The notes: generated from the letters alone by a model not told the origin. 64,000 nucleotides of DNA from a bacterium (GCA_044869275.1 JBIOXB010000137.1:1-64000), one strand, 5' to 3'. Shown: positions 38,107-49,548, counted from the first letter of the stretch. A program made the numbers and translations.

Positions 38107-38907
38107 TCATTCTTTCTCGCGGACAACTTCTGCCAGCCGGTCCGGATAATTCGTAATGATCGCCGCCACGCCCAATTCCAGCATGCGGCGCATCAACGGT
38201 TTGTCGTTCACGGTCCAAACATGAACCTGCTTGTTGCCGGCACGCGCCTTCCGCATGAACTCCGGGCTGATCAAATGGTGATGCGCGCTCAACAAATCGA
38301 CCTCACCGGTAAAGAGCCCTTCATGATATTCTTCCGTGCCAAAAATGTAGCCCACTTGCAATTCCGGCGCCAGTTTTTTTATTTCCTCGGCCACAGCATG
38401 CCCAAATGAAGTGACGATACATTCTTCTTGGAAATTTGCGCGGCGGATGGCGGCGACGATCAATGGCGCGATCTGGCGCTCGTGGCCGTGCAATTTCACT
38501 TCGACGTTGAGCTTCATTTTGCCGCGCACCAGATCCATGGCCTCTTCCAAGGTGGGCAGCGGCTCGCCGGCATATTTGGCATCGAACCAACTGCCGGCGT
38601 CAATGCCCTGCAATTCCGAGAGGCTCTTTTGCCACAAGAATCCCGTGCCGTTGCTGGTGCGATCCAATTCCTCATCATGCAACAACACCAGCCGGTCATC
38701 CCGGGTTTGTTGCACGTCGATCTCGCACATGTGCGCGCCCATCTCCATGGCCAAACGCATCGCGGCCAGTGTGTTTTCCGGCGCGTGGGCCGAAGCGCCG
38801 CGATGCGCGCAAATCATGAAAGTGTCCAGATCGGATGGCATGTTTGCTTCCTTGGCTCGACAAGCCAGTATAAAAATGAGCGGAACGGCCAATAAGGTTT
38901 TTCTCAT
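38107..38907 (-). CDS. Glycerophosphodiester phosphodiesterase (lipoprotein)
   Basis: AHRGAS..PENT, EIDVQ, HD..LDRT, WTVN, IITNYPD; lipobox ILAC. Confidence 0.92.
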   Translation of the reverse strand: MRKTLLAVPLIFILACRAKEANMPSDLDTFMICAHRGASAHAPENTLAAMRLAMEMGAHMCEIDVQQTRDDRLVLLHDEELDRTSNGTGFLWQKSLSELQGIDAGSWFDAKYAGEPLPTLEEAMDLVRGKMKLNVEVKLHGHERQIAPLIVAAIRRANFQEECIVTSFGHAVAEEIKKLAPELQVGYIFGTEEYHEGLFTGEVDLLSAHHHLISPEFMRKARAGNKQVHVWTVNDKPLMRRMLELGVAAIITNYPDRLAEVVREKE

Positions 38908-38973
38908 AGCTCTTCCCTCTTCGGGGCCGCGTGCCTTTCACCGGCTGTCAGACTGTGTGCAAACTTGGTATTG

Positions 38974-39038
38974 CCGCACCCTGAGTTTGTCGAAGGGTGC
39001 TAAGTTCAGGAATCCGGCTTCAACAAGCTCAGCCGGCG
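38974..39038. repeat. REP-like doublet
   Basis: CCCTGAGTTTGTCGAAGGG ... GGCTTCAACAAGCTCAGCC. Confidence 0.55.
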
Positions 39039-39396
39039 TTGAAACCAATCGTTTTCACACAGTCTGTGTTATGCAGAACTGATTTCCTCTGCCCGAGCGC
39101 CGTGCTCGAATTCACCAATCACGCGATGATACTCAGTTCGTGGCACGGTGTCAAGCTCTTTCTGATAACGGGTTGCGGTGGTCTGTTCGTGGCCGCACCC
39201 GGCATTTATCATCTTGTCAAATTGGCATTCACTCCGACGAGTTTACCATTCGAGACGAAGCGATCGGGAAAAAATGGCATGTTCTCAGGTCAACCTGCAA
39301 TCCCAATACGGGTTAAACCAAGCCAAAATGTCCGGCATTGATTTTGGTATAAAATTTGAGTAGAAATACCATGAAAGAAAAGCTTGGCAAGGAGAA

Positions 39397-42030
39397 ATGA
39401 ACATGACTCTGGATAAGTTTACGCTGAAAGCGCAAGAAGCCTTTGCGCGCGCGCAGCAGCAGGCCTCCGAGTTGAATCACCAGCAAATCGAAGTGGAGCA
39501 TTTGTTGAAAGCTTTGCTGGACGATGCTGAAGGCGTGCCGCTAGCCATCTTGAAAAAACTCGGCGCAAATAGCGCTTTGGCGCTCAGCCGCGTGGACGAA
39601 GCGCTGCGCAAACTGCCGCGCGTGTCCGGGGCTGGCGCAGCGGGAAATATTTACGTTTCACAGCGTGTGAATCAGATCATCAACACGGCGCAACAGGAGA
39701 TGCGCCAGCTTAAGGACGACTATGTGAGCACCGAGCATCTGTTGCTGGCCATCGCCGAAGAAAGGAGCGGCGCCGCGGGCGAAATTCTGCGGCAGCAAGG
39801 CGCGACGCGCGACAATATTTTTCGCGTGTTGAAGGACATTCGCGGCAGCCAGCGCGTGACGGATCAAAATCCCGAGGGCAAGTATCAAGCGCTGCAGCGT
39901 TTTGGCCGCGATCTCACCGAATTGGCGCGCAGCGGCAAGCTCGATCCGGTGATCGGCCGCGATGAAGAGATTCGCCGTTGCGTGCAGGTGCTGTCGCGGC
40001 GCACGAAGAACAATCCCGTGCTCGTGGGCGACCCCGGCGTGGGAAAAACCGCGATCGTGGAGGGCATTGCGCAACGCATCGTGAACGGCGACGTGCCGGA
40101 ATCGCTCAAGAACAAGCGCGTCATTCAAATCGAAATGGGCACGCTCATCGCGGGCGCCAAATATCGCGGCGAGTTCGAGGAGCGCTTGAAAGCGGTGCTG
40201 AAAGAGATCGAGGACGCGCAAGGCGAGATCATTCTCTTCATCGATGAATTGCACACCATGGTGGGCGCAGGCGCAGCCGAAGGCGCGGTGGATGCCGGCA
40301 ACATGCTCAAGCCCATGCTCGCGCGCGGAGAATTGCGGTTGATCGGCGCGACCACGCTGGACGAATATCGCAAGCACGTCGAAAAAGACAAAGCGCTCGA
40401 ACGGCGATTTCAACAAGTTTATGTCGGCGAACCTTCGGTGGATGACACGATTTCCATCCTGCGCGGTTTGAAAGAAAGATACGAAATCCACCACGGCGTG
40501 CGCATCGCGGACTCCGCCATTGTCGCGGCAGCGGCGCTGTCGCAGCGTTATATCTCGGAGAGATTTCTGCCGGACAAGGCCATTGACTTGATCGACGAAG
40601 CGGCGGCGAAATTGCGCACGGAGATCGATTCCATGCCGGAAGAAATCGACGAAATCGAGCGCCGCAGCAAGCAGCTTGAAATCGAGCACGTCGCTTTGAA
40701 AAAGGAAAGCGATCAAGCCTCGAAGGAACGGCGCGAGAAATTGACACGCGAGCTGAGCGATCTCAAGGAAAAATCCGCCCAGCTCAAAGCGCGCTGGCAG
40801 GTGGAGAAGGACTGCATTACCCAAATTCGCGCGACGAAAGGCCAAATCGAACAAGCGAAGAATGCCGCGGAAAAAGCGGAGCGCGAAGGCGATTTGAACA
40901 AAGCTGCGGAATTGCGTTACGGCACGCTGGTAAATTTGGACAAGCAGCTCAAAAAGCTGAACGACAAGCTCGCCGAGCTCCATAAAAATGGCGCCTTGCT
41001 GAAGGAGGAAGTTTCGGAAGAAGACATTGCCGAAATCGTGTCGCGGTGGACCGGCATTCCGGTGGCGCGCATGCTGGAAAGCGAGCGCGAAAAGATTCTG
41101 CGCATGGCCGAACGCTTGCGGCAGCGCGTGGTCGGCCAGGAGGAGGCGATCGCAGCCGTCTCGTTCGCGGTGCGGCGCTCACGCGCAGGGTTGAGCGAGG
41201 AGAATCGCCCGATCGGCTCGTTCATCTTCCTCGGCCCCACCGGCGTGGGCAAAACCGAATTGGCGCGGGCACTGGCGGAATTCATGTTCGACGACGAGAA
41301 TGCCATGGTGCGCCTGGATATGTCGGAATACATGGAACAATTCAATGTCTCGCGTTTGATGGGAGCGCCGCCGGGGTACGTGGGTTACGAAGAGGGCGGC
41401 CAGCTGACGGAAGCGATTCGCCGCCGGCCCTATGCCGTGGTGTTGCTGGATGAAATCGAAAAGGCGCATCCCGAAGTCTTCAATATCTTGTTGCAGGTGC
41501 TGGATGACGGCCGCTTGACCGACAGCCAGGGGCACGTGGTCAATTTCAAAAATACCATCATTATCATGACTTCGAATCTCGGCGCGGACATCATCACCGA
41601 GAACTTCAAATACATGACCGAGGAAAATGCAGAGAAGATTTACAACACCACGAAAGACGCGCTGCTGCAGACGCTGCGCAACAAGCTGCGGCCGGAATTC
41701 CTGAATCGCGTGGATGAAGTGATCGTGTTTCATCCGCTCACGCGCGAGCATATTCATCGCATCGTCGACATTCAATTCGCGCGCATGGTCCAAAGCGTGT
41801 TGCAACGCCAGGGTCTCGCGGCCGAGCTCACCGCGGCCGCAAAAGATCTGCTGGCGGCGCAAGGTTACGATCCGATCTTCGGCGCGCGGCCATTGAAGCG
41901 CATGATGCAACGGCAGATCCTCAACGAGCTCTCCACGAAAATCCTGGCGAACGAATTGAACAAAGGGGACGTGATCCGGATCGATGCCAAGCAAGGCGGA
42001 TTGATTTATAAGAAGGTCAGTAACTCGTAA
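39397..42030 (+). CDS. clpB: ATP-dependent chaperone ClpB
   Basis: 877 aa, two AAA+ modules ([16 protein letters not shown]), long coiled-coil middle domain. Confidence 0.97.
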   Translation: MNMTLDKFTLKAQEAFARAQQQASELNHQQIEVEHLLKALLDDAEGVPLAILKKLGANSALALSRVDEALRKLPRVSGAGAAGNIYVSQRVNQIINTAQQEMRQLKDDYVSTEHLLLAIAEERSGAAGEILRQQGATRDNIFRVLKDIRGSQRVTDQNPEGKYQALQRFGRDLTELARSGKLDPVIGRDEEIRRCVQVLSRRTKNNPVLVGDPGVGKTAIVEGIAQRIVNGDVPESLKNKRVIQIEMGTLIAGAKYRGEFEERLKAVLKEIEDAQGEIILFIDELHTMVGAGAAEGAVDAGNMLKPMLARGELRLIGATTLDEYRKHVEKDKALERRFQQVYVGEPSVDDTISILRGLKERYEIHHGVRIADSAIVAAAALSQRYISERFLPDKAIDLIDEAAAKLRTEIDSMPEEIDEIERRSKQLEIEHVALKKESDQASKERREKLTRELSDLKEKSAQLKARWQVEKDCITQIRATKGQIEQAKNAAEKAEREGDLNKAAELRYGTLVNLDKQLKKLNDKLAELHKNGALLKEEVSEEDIAEIVSRWTGIPVARMLESEREKILRMAERLRQRVVGQEEAIAAVSFAVRRSRAGLSEENRPIGSFIFLGPTGVGKTELARALAEFMFDDENAMVRLDMSEYMEQFNVSRLMGAPPGYVGYEEGGQLTEAIRRRPYAVVLLDEIEKAHPEVFNILLQVLDDGRLTDSQGHVVNFKNTIIIMTSNLGADIITENFKYMTEENAEKIYNTTKDALLQTLRNKLRPEFLNRVDEVIVFHPLTREHIHRIVDIQFARMVQSVLQRQGLAAELTAAAKDLLAAQGYDPIFGARPLKRMMQRQILNELSTKILANELNKGDVIRIDAKQGGLIYKKVSNS

Positions 42031-42073
42031 TTCGTGATCCGTAGTGTACAGGCCGATCACAGGAGTGATTGGC

Positions 42074-42646
42074 CTAACGCCATTTATCCGGAATCGTGCC
42101 GGGCTGATAATGTTGCAGATATTGGATCGCTGCTTCCGGGGAATCAACGAGGCGATAGAGCTCCCGGTGTTCGGGCTTGGCAAAGCGGCGGTGGTACATA
42201 TGCTCAAAAAAATCGGACAGGGATTGATAATAGTTTTCCGCATTCACAAATACGATTGGGGCCTGGTGAAAACCAAGCTGCTTGCTGGTAAGAATCTCGA
42301 AAACCTCCTCCAATGTCCCGAAGCCGCCGGGCAACGCGATGAACGCATCCGCGCGCGCTTGCATCATCGCCTTGCGTTCGCGCAAGTCTGCGGTGATGAT
42401 GAGCTCGTCGGCAGCGAGATAAGCCACTTCCTTGGCTCGCAAGGCCTCGGGAATGACGCCGATGACCCTCCCACCCTTTTCATGAACGGCGTGCGCCAGA
42501 GCCCCCATCAAACCGATATTCCCACCGCCATAAACCAAAGTATACTCGTGCTGCGCCAACAATTCACCCAATCTTTGCGCTACGGCGAAAAAGCCCGGCG
42601 CAACTCGATGGCTGGAAGCGCAATAGACACAAATGCTCTTGAGCAT
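42074..42646 (-). CDS. LOG family phosphoribohydrolase (TIGR00730-like)
   Basis: LVYGGGNIGLMG, ALPGGFGTLEE. Confidence 0.92.
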   Translation of the reverse strand: MLKSICVYCASSHRVAPGFFAVAQRLGELLAQHEYTLVYGGGNIGLMGALAHAVHEKGGRVIGVIPEALRAKEVAYLAADELIITADLRERKAMMQARADAFIALPGGFGTLEEVFEILTSKQLGFHQAPIVFVNAENYYQSLSDFFEHMYHRRFAKPEHRELYRLVDSPEAAIQYLQHYQPGTIPDKWR

Positions 42647-42922
42647 AAATGAGACAGCCGAGTTGAGTGAGAAGCTGTAACTGTTCAGCTCTCGCGTATG
42701 ATCCAAAAATTATTATGATTTCCGATTGCCGGTTTGCGATTTTCGATTTACGATCACAAATCGGAAATCGACAATCGTCAATCAACTCAACAGCTACGAG
42801 ACACTATAAAGAAAATTGCGGTGCATGCCTCTTCACCGCGTTGCCTGACTTCAACATGACTTGCAGGTTTTTCCTACCCAGCTAGCGCAACAAAATCACT
42901 TTGCGGCCCTGTTTTCTTAAGA

Positions 42923-44602
42923 TCATCTAGCCGGTGTTTTGATCTGCGCTTTTCGCACGGCGCGGCCGGGCAGCGCACCCGTATGCTCGCCGTCTTTTAG
43001 AACCTGCGTGCCGTTCACAAAAACATGCGTCATGCCCGTGGAAAACTGATGCGGCAGCTCGAAGGTGGCGTGATCGATGATCTTTTCGGGATCGAAAACC
43101 GCGACGTCGGCATAATTTCCCACTTTGAGAGCGCCGCGCCTGGCAATGCTGAGATTAGCGGCGGGCAAAGAAGTCAATCGCCGGACGGCCTCCTCCAGCG
43201 AGATTAATTTTTCTTCGCGCACATATTTTCCCAACAGGCGTGCGAAGTTACCGTAAGCACGCGGATGCGGATTTCTTTTCAGGAATACACCTTCGGGCGA
43301 CATGGACTCGGCGTCCGAACAGAAGCTCACCCAGGGCAGGTGAATCTGTTTCATGACGTTGGTTTCTGACATGAGAAAATAAACGGTCTCCACGCGACTG
43401 TCATCTTCGATCACCAGGTCCATGGCAGTTTCTGCCGGAGATTGGCCTCGCATTTCTGCGACCTCCGCCAGAGTCTTGCCGGTGAGCGGCTTGAGTGCTT
43501 CGGATTTGAATCCCACCAGCAAAGTTTTGTCCGATCCGGCAGCGAGAAAAAGATTCTCCCATTGATCGGTCGGTGTGATCATTTCTAGTGCCACTTGCTT
43601 ACGAATGGCGGGATCCTGCAGGCGAGTTTTGCAGGCTTGAAATCCGCCTTCCTGCACCCAGGGGGGCATGGCTGCGTCCAATCCGGTTGCGCCCGCCGTG
43701 TACGTGTACATGTCGGCCGTGATCTGCAAACTTTCCGCGCGCGCGGATTCGATCTTTTGAATGACGGCTTCGAGCTTGCTCCAATTGTTGCGGCCCGCGA
43801 CTTTGAGATGATAGATTTCCGCGGGAATTTTGGCTTCCCGCGCGATGTGCAGCAATTCCTCCACAGCTTCGAGCACGCGGTTGCCTTCACTGCGCAGATG
43901 GGAGATATACGTGCCACCGTATGCTGCCGCGACTTTGCACAATTCGACCAGCTCGTCGGTATTCGCATAAAACGCGGGCGCATAAATCAACGATGAGCCC
44001 ACGCCCAGCGCTCCTTCTGCCATGGCCTGGCGCACCAACGCGCGCATTTGTTCCATTTCCCCCTCATCCGGCGGGCGGTTTTCATATCCGAGAACGTGAA
44101 TGCGTACGGTGGTCGCGCCCACAAATGAAGCCACATTCGTTGAAATTCCTCGCGCAACGAGATGATCCAGGTATTCGCCGAGCGTCGTCCATGCAACGTC
44201 AAATTTGATGTCGCCCTGCTGGTCGGTGACTTCTTTTTTCATGGCATCATTGAGCGGGCCCATGGACAAGCCTTCGCCAAAAACCTCCAGGGTGACGCCC
44301 TGGCGAATATCGCTTTGCGAACGCCCGTCTTCAAGCAAAGTTTCCGTGGCCCAGCTCAGCATATTGATGAAGCCGGGCGCGACGGCGAGGCCGCGTGCAT
44401 CGATTTCCATGCGGCCATGCACATTTTTCAGCTCCCCGATGGCGGCGATGGTATCGGCCTGAATCGCGACCACGCCCGCGAAAGCCGGTTGCCCGCTGCC
44501 GTCGTAAATTTTTCCGTTGCGGATGACGAGATCGTATTCGGTTTTCGGAGTGCAGCCGAACCATAGCAGCGCAATGAAACACGAACCGGTGGTTCTTTTC
44601 AT
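42923..44602 (-). CDS. N-acyl-D-amino-acid deacylase family amidohydrolase
   Basis: VAPGFIN, SHLRSE, HPRAYGNFAR, HVFVNG; lipoprotein-like N-terminus. Confidence 0.9.
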   Translation of the reverse strand: MKRTTGSCFIALLWFGCTPKTEYDLVIRNGKIYDGSGQPAFAGVVAIQADTIAAIGELKNVHGRMEIDARGLAVAPGFINMLSWATETLLEDGRSQSDIRQGVTLEVFGEGLSMGPLNDAMKKEVTDQQGDIKFDVAWTTLGEYLDHLVARGISTNVASFVGATTVRIHVLGYENRPPDEGEMEQMRALVRQAMAEGALGVGSSLIYAPAFYANTDELVELCKVAAAYGGTYISHLRSEGNRVLEAVEELLHIAREAKIPAEIYHLKVAGRNNWSKLEAVIQKIESARAESLQITADMYTYTAGATGLDAAMPPWVQEGGFQACKTRLQDPAIRKQVALEMITPTDQWENLFLAAGSDKTLLVGFKSEALKPLTGKTLAEVAEMRGQSPAETAMDLVIEDDSRVETVYFLMSETNVMKQIHLPWVSFCSDAESMSPEGVFLKRNPHPRAYGNFARLLGKYVREEKLISLEEAVRRLTSLPAANLSIARRGALKVGNYADVAVFDPEKIIDHATFELPHQFSTGMTHVFVNGTQVLKDGEHTGALPGRAVRKAQIKTPAR

Positions 44603-44624
44603 GCTTCCGTCCTCCTTCTGTAAA

Positions 44625-45416
44625 CTACCTGGCCATGAACAGCAGAACGAGACCGGCTCCACCGCATACCATGGCGCCGGCGAGCAATGCCCAAAGCGAA
44701 TATTGCGACATGCGCAGCAGCTCTTCCTCCGTTTTAACGCTAATCACGAACCGGCCGCGTGCCGGTTTTTGCAGGCGCAGCTCGCCACTCTCGTTCGTGG
44801 CTTCAGCAAGAACGTAAATTTCGTGATCCACGGCAATGGCTTCTTCCTCAAAATGATACCGCAGAGGTTTTCGTTCTTCTGTACCCGTTTTCCAGGGTGC
44901 TGGGAGGGCAAAACGCCCGCAACTGATCGTTTCTTCCGGCAGGCCCTCCTCCTCTTCATGGCGCGACAAGGTTGGTGTGGCGATGACTTCACAACCTTGC
45001 GGCTCAACGGCAATTTCTCCGCTCTCATCCTGCACTACAAAAGGCTGCCATTGCGTGTCCTCGGCCAGCACTTCTTCGGCTTCGCGCCGGTGTGCCTCGC
45101 GTCCAGTCTCGGGATTCTCCTCGCCATAGGCTTCCTCGTATTCCCAGCGCACACGCATGCCATAATAAACACATTCCTTTTCCGAAAGCGGCGCCAGCAA
45201 AGGCGAGGCACAACGCACACGGCCTTTGACTTCGACCAATTCCCGGAAAACTTTGGCGCTGGTGTATTGCGCAAAGGCTTCTGCCAATTCCCGCACCTGC
45301 GCCACCGAGGAAGTCATCGTGACGCGGATGGGATCGGCTTTACGGAGCTGGATCAAATAGGCGACGGCGAAAGCCAGCGCCAGCGCGAGAAAGATGGTGC
45401 CAAGGATTACGAACAT
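44625..45416 (-). CDS. GIDE-domain membrane protein
   Basis: N- and C-terminal TM segments; VEVKG..PLLAPLSEKECVYY, FVVQDESGEIAV, FVISVKTEEEL. Confidence 0.75.
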   Translation of the reverse strand: MFVILGTIFLALALAFAVAYLIQLRKADPIRVTMTSSVAQVRELAEAFAQYTSAKVFRELVEVKGRVRCASPLLAPLSEKECVYYGMRVRWEYEEAYGEENPETGREAHRREAEEVLAEDTQWQPFVVQDESGEIAVEPQGCEVIATPTLSRHEEEEGLPEETISCGRFALPAPWKTGTEERKPLRYHFEEEAIAVDHEIYVLAEATNESGELRLQKPARGRFVISVKTEEELLRMSQYSLWALLAGAMVCGGAGLVLLFMAR

Positions 45417-45443
45417 TGCCGTGATCAGTATGCAGTGGTTCGT

Positions 45444-46649
45444 TTATGTGGCCTGCCGCGGCGGCGCGATAATCTTAGAAACCACGACTCCGGCGGCGAG
45501 CGCGATGGCAATCAGAATCATTTTGAAAGCCGTTTCAATGCCGGGAATGACCTCTTTGTCCATCAATGCCGCCAGGCTGCGAAATCCTACACTCCCCGGT
45601 ACCAAGAGCAAAATCCCCGGCACCAAAGTAATGCTGGCCGGGCGTTGCAGCAGCCTTTCGAACAAATTGCTGGCGATGCCAACCGTCAAAGCGCCGAGAA
45701 AAACACCCAGCTCCGCGCCCAAGACGTGCGCACCCAAGCGGCTTCCCAACACGGCGCATGCGCCCGCGAGCACAATCCAAAATCCATCGCGCGCATGCGC
45801 CCTCAAAAGCACGGTGAAAGCCAGCGGGGCGGCAACGAGCGCGATGATCTCCGTCCAGGCCGGCAGCGCGATTGAGTTGCTGAAGCGGGGCGCGCCGATC
45901 AGTGCGCCCATGATTTTTCCGCCAAGGGCCACGCCGAAGCCGAGTTCGAGAAAGACCACGAAAGCCGCGCTCAAGCGTGCCGTGCCCGAAACCAAATGCC
46001 GAGTGGAAAGCTCCGTCATCGCTGTGGTAAGCATCAAACCGGGCACGAACACGATCAAGCCGGCGAGGACGTCGTTGGAAAGCGAGGGCGTTCCGATGAT
46101 TGCTCCCAGGCCGGCGGCCAATGCCGAGGCCGCAATCGCAGCGATCAATTCCAGGACGCGGCCGAGGGCATCGCGTTTGCGCACCATAAAGACGAGCAAG
46201 CCGATCATCAATCCGATGACTGCGGCAACGGCAATCTCGCGCATGCCTCCGCCTAAGAAGCGCGAGGCAGCGCCTGAAGACAGTCCGAAAGCCAGCGTCG
46301 TCAACACATGGCCGTATTCCGGCGGCCGCGCGAGAATTTCTGCGATGTGGCGCGCGCCCTGTGCCGGCGCGAGATCCCCGTGCAACACCTTGCCGGTCAC
46401 CTCGTCGAGATCTGCCAGTTTTCCCAAATCCGTGTCCCCCGGCTCCACGCGGATAAGGAAGGTTTGTTGTGCTTCCTGTGGGCCGAAAGCGGCGAAAATG
46501 GACGTTGGCGTGGTAAAGAACTGGCCTTCCAGACCGAGCCGTTTACACGCGCCGTTCATCACCTCCTCCAAACGATGTGCCTCATAACCATAGGCGTGCA
46601 AGGCATGCCCGAGGCGGAGAATGAACGCTATGGCTTCTGCTTGTTCCAT
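45444..46649 (-). CDS. Threonine/serine exporter (ThrE family)
   Basis: G.EAHRLEE, VPGLMLTTAMTEL..LVSG, LLVPG. Confidence 0.88.
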   Translation of the reverse strand: MEQAEAIAFILRLGHALHAYGYEAHRLEEVMNGACKRLGLEGQFFTTPTSIFAAFGPQEAQQTFLIRVEPGDTDLGKLADLDEVTGKVLHGDLAPAQGARHIAEILARPPEYGHVLTTLAFGLSSGAASRFLGGGMREIAVAAVIGLMIGLLVFMVRKRDALGRVLELIAAIAASALAAGLGAIIGTPSLSNDVLAGLIVFVPGLMLTTAMTELSTRHLVSGTARLSAAFVVFLELGFGVALGGKIMGALIGAPRFSNSIALPAWTEIIALVAAPLAFTVLLRAHARDGFWIVLAGACAVLGSRLGAHVLGAELGVFLGALTVGIASNLFERLLQRPASITLVPGILLLVPGSVGFRSLAALMDKEVIPGIETAFKMILIAIALAAGVVVSKIIAPPRQAT

Positions 46650-46693
46650 GAATTTTCTGTCGTGCGGCGGGTTCAGGCTCCGGGGCCAGGCAC

Positions 46694-48352
46694 CTAATCG
46701 GAGACAAAACTTTCCTTTCCGCCGACCACGGTGCGCAGTACTCTGGTTTGCAGGATTTTGAGCGGCTCGATCGCGAACAAGTCCTCCGAGAGCACGACGA
46801 AATCCGCAAGCTTTCCTGCTTCCAAAGTTCCCAGACGATTCTCTTGAAAACCGGCATAGGCGTTCGCAGAGGTATAGGCGCGCAAAGCCTCTTCAACCGA
46901 AATTTTTTCCTCTGGAATCCAGCCATTGGGATTCTTGCCATCGAGCGTGCGGCGGGTGACTGCAGCGTAAATGCCGTGCAGCGCATCGATCGGCGCCACG
47001 GTCCAGTCCGACCCAAAGGCGAGACCGGCGCCGTGATCCAATAATGACCGAAAAGCATAGGTGGTTTTGGTGCGCTCGAGGCCGATCCGCTTTACCGCCC
47101 AGCGCCCGTCGTCAATTGCGTGATAAGGCTGCATCGATGGAATCACCCCCAACGCAGCAAAGCGTGCCAAGGCAGCACGGGTGAGGTGCTGCGCGTGTTC
47201 GACGCGAAAGCGCCGGTCACGCCCGCCGTTCTCGCGCAGCGCGGCGGCATAGATCTCGAGCAGCCAGTCATTCGCGCGATCGCCGATGGCATGCACCGCC
47301 ACTTGCAAGCCGGCGGAATCGGCGGAGAAAATCCAGTTTCGCAAGGAGGTGGTGTCCGTTGTCAATAAACCGCAAGTCTGCGGCGCGTCATCATAAGGCT
47401 GATAAAACCAGGCCGTGGTCGAACCGAGCGAACCGTCGACAAATCCTTTCAACCCGCCCCAGCGCAGCCACTCGTCGCCGCGGCCGTTCTCGGCGACATA
47501 ATCGGCCATATGGTTCCAGGTGGATAACGGAACAAGGGCATAAAGCCGCAGCTTCAACGGGCCGCGTTGCTGCGCCCGGCGATAGGTTTCGAAATCCGCC
47601 CAGCTACCCATGTCGTGCACTTGCGTGACGCCGCGCGCAACCGCGAAATTACTGGCGCGCGCAAAAGCTTCATCGCGTGCGGTGGCGCCCGGCTCGGGGA
47701 TGACGCGAAACACCAGCGACATGGCTTCATCTTTGAGAATACCAGTCGGCTCGCCGGTACGGGCATTGCGCACGATCGTGCCGCCGGGAGGATCGGCGGT
47801 ATCGCGCGTGATGCCGGCCAGCCGCAAGGCGTTGGAGTTGGCAAGTGCCATATGGCCGTCCAGGCGATTGACGAACACGGGATGAGGCACCGCGAGCGTA
47901 TCGATCCACTGGCGCTGCGGCATTTCGCCGCCCCACATCTCATGATCCCAATCGCCGCCCGTAATCCATCTGTCTTGCGGAAGATTTTGGGCGAATTCTG
48001 CGATGCGGCGGGAAAATTCCGCGGGCGAAGCGGCGTTGCGCAAATCCACGCTCGCCAGTTGAAAACCGCCGCTCATGAAATGCGCATGCGCGTCCACGAA
48101 TCCCGGCACGACGAGTGTGCCCTGGAGATCGACGACGCGCGTGGTCCTGCCCTGATGTTTGCCGATTTCTTCCGCGCTGCCCACGGCCAGAATTTCGTCT
48201 CGTGAAATGGCGAGAGCTTGTGCGCGCGGCGCGTCCGGCACGCCCGTCCAAATCGCAGCGTTGGTGTAAATCGTCTCGGCGATCTCTTTCTGCTGGCAAG
48301 CAGAGGATATGAAAGCAGCGATGACCACGGCGAGGCAGAAGATGATTCTCAT
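46694..48352 (-). CDS. Amidohydrolase 3 family (YtcJ-like) lipoprotein
   Basis: PGFVDAHAH, KGFVDGSLGS, HAIGDRA, RVEHAQ, FGSDW. Confidence 0.9.
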   Translation of the reverse strand: MRIIFCLAVVIAAFISSACQQKEIAETIYTNAAIWTGVPDAPRAQALAISRDEILAVGSAEEIGKHQGRTTRVVDLQGTLVVPGFVDAHAHFMSGGFQLASVDLRNAASPAEFSRRIAEFAQNLPQDRWITGGDWDHEMWGGEMPQRQWIDTLAVPHPVFVNRLDGHMALANSNALRLAGITRDTADPPGGTIVRNARTGEPTGILKDEAMSLVFRVIPEPGATARDEAFARASNFAVARGVTQVHDMGSWADFETYRRAQQRGPLKLRLYALVPLSTWNHMADYVAENGRGDEWLRWGGLKGFVDGSLGSTTAWFYQPYDDAPQTCGLLTTDTTSLRNWIFSADSAGLQVAVHAIGDRANDWLLEIYAAALRENGGRDRRFRVEHAQHLTRAALARFAALGVIPSMQPYHAIDDGRWAVKRIGLERTKTTYAFRSLLDHGAGLAFGSDWTVAPIDALHGIYAAVTRRTLDGKNPNGWIPEEKISVEEALRAYTSANAYAGFQENRLGTLEAGKLADFVVLSEDLFAIEPLKILQTRVLRTVVGGKESFVSD

Positions 48353-48375
48353 TTTCTCTCCGGAGCAGTTTTTCG

Positions 48376-49548
48376 TTACGCGCTTGGTGATTTGTCCGAA
48401 TGCTTCAGGTTGAATTTTATCTCACCCGCCATTTCCAGGAAATGCCCCAAGCGCACGGTCTCAGCTTCGACCTGAACTCGAATCTTTTTGGAGACCTTTT
48501 CAAATGGCTCGATTTCCACAGAGGTGCGCTTCCCGCGGCTCCGCAGCGCCCAAACGCCAATCACCCGGCCGTCCAGCAAGACCACGGGCGAAAGCCAGCC
48601 TTGGCTGCGATAAACGCGTTTGTAGTGATCAACACTCACCAGGTGCACCCTCTTGGCGTGGCCGAGCAAATAGGGATCGAAGCTCGGCAAAAGACGCAAA
48701 ACGGGATCTGCGAGACGGCTGGTGATGAGCCGTTCATAATCTTCACGGAGCAGCAGCCCGCTTTCGCCTTCGCTTCTGACCTCCACCAATTCTTCCACCA
48801 TCTGCTCGTGCACCGTCTTCACCTCTGCCCTCGAAATGCCGCTCCATTTGGAAAAGTCCTGGAGTGTGGCGGGGCCATAGGCGCGCAAGTAGCGCCGCAG
48901 CAGCGCTTGTTGCGCTGGTACCGCTGGAACTGCTTTCTGGCCTGGCAACCATTGATCAACCCGGACGAACGTTGCTCGTCCGTTGCGCTCTGGTCCGTAA
49001 CAGATCAATCCTTCCACGAGCGCCGGCCTGAAGAGCTGGATGCTCCAGGCAAGGTCGACGTAGGCCTTCATCTTCTTACCGATTTGAGGCAAGAGATGTT
49101 CGAACAATTCGGGTTGGGTTTTCGGACCAGCCTGGAGCGCTGCCATCACCCCCTCATTTAAATGCTCGATTTCCCTCGGCGCCACGCCGAACTTCGAGAG
49201 TATGCGCCACAGCGCCTCGACTCGGCTTCTCTTCAGAGCGTTGATGTAAAGGGAGAAATCAGCCGCGGGTATGAGATGCAGCGTTTGGCGCATGCAGGAG
49301 GTTCTAACCAGAGTCCGGGTTTCATACAATGCCGCAGCGACATCCCTGCGCGTGAGCTCGCGGGTTCTCGCCCACAAAGCCATCTGCGCCGCTCCCATGA
49401 GTTGCGCCTGAATGCCGCTGACGTTCCGGCACAACTTGGCGAGATCCGCGCGCAACGGATTTCCGACCGGCTGGCGTTCGCGAAGATGATGGCGCGCCAG
49501 CCGGAAAGCTGAAATTTGAGAGCGTTTGACTATCTGCTTCATTCTCAC
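48376..49548 (-). CDS. AlkZ/YcaQ-like winged-helix DNA glycosylase family protein
   Basis: GIQAQ (QxQ), MRQTLH, RRYLRAYGPAT.QDF..WSG, LLPSFDPYLLG. Confidence 0.85.
   Translation of the reverse strand: MRMKQIVKRSQISAFRLARHHLRERQPVGNPLRADLAKLCRNVSGIQAQLMGAAQMALWARTRELTRRDVAAALYETRTLVRTSCMRQTLHLIPAADFSLYINALKRSRVEALWRILSKFGVAPREIEHLNEGVMAALQAGPKTQPELFEHLLPQIGKKMKAYVDLAWSIQLFRPALVEGLICYGPERNGRATFVRVDQWLPGQKAVPAVPAQQALLRRYLRAYGPATLQDFSKWSGISRAEVKTVHEQMVEELVEVRSEGESGLLLREDYERLITSRLADPVLRLLPSFDPYLLGHAKRVHLVSVDHYKRVYRSQGWLSPVVLLDGRVIGVWALRSRGKRTSVEIEPFEKVSKKIRVQVEAETVRLGHFLEMAGEIKFNLKHSDKSPSA

Noticed and set aside
39222..39248. CIRCE element upstream of clpB
   Set aside because: The left arm TTGGCATTC is close, but the right arm and spacing do not fit TTAGCACTC-N9-GAGTGCTAA.
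39658..42243. Long antisense ORFs over clpB (similar ones over the ABC exporter, TonB receptor and PQQ genes)
   Set aside because: Shadow frames expected from GC-rich codon usage; no recognisable motifs.
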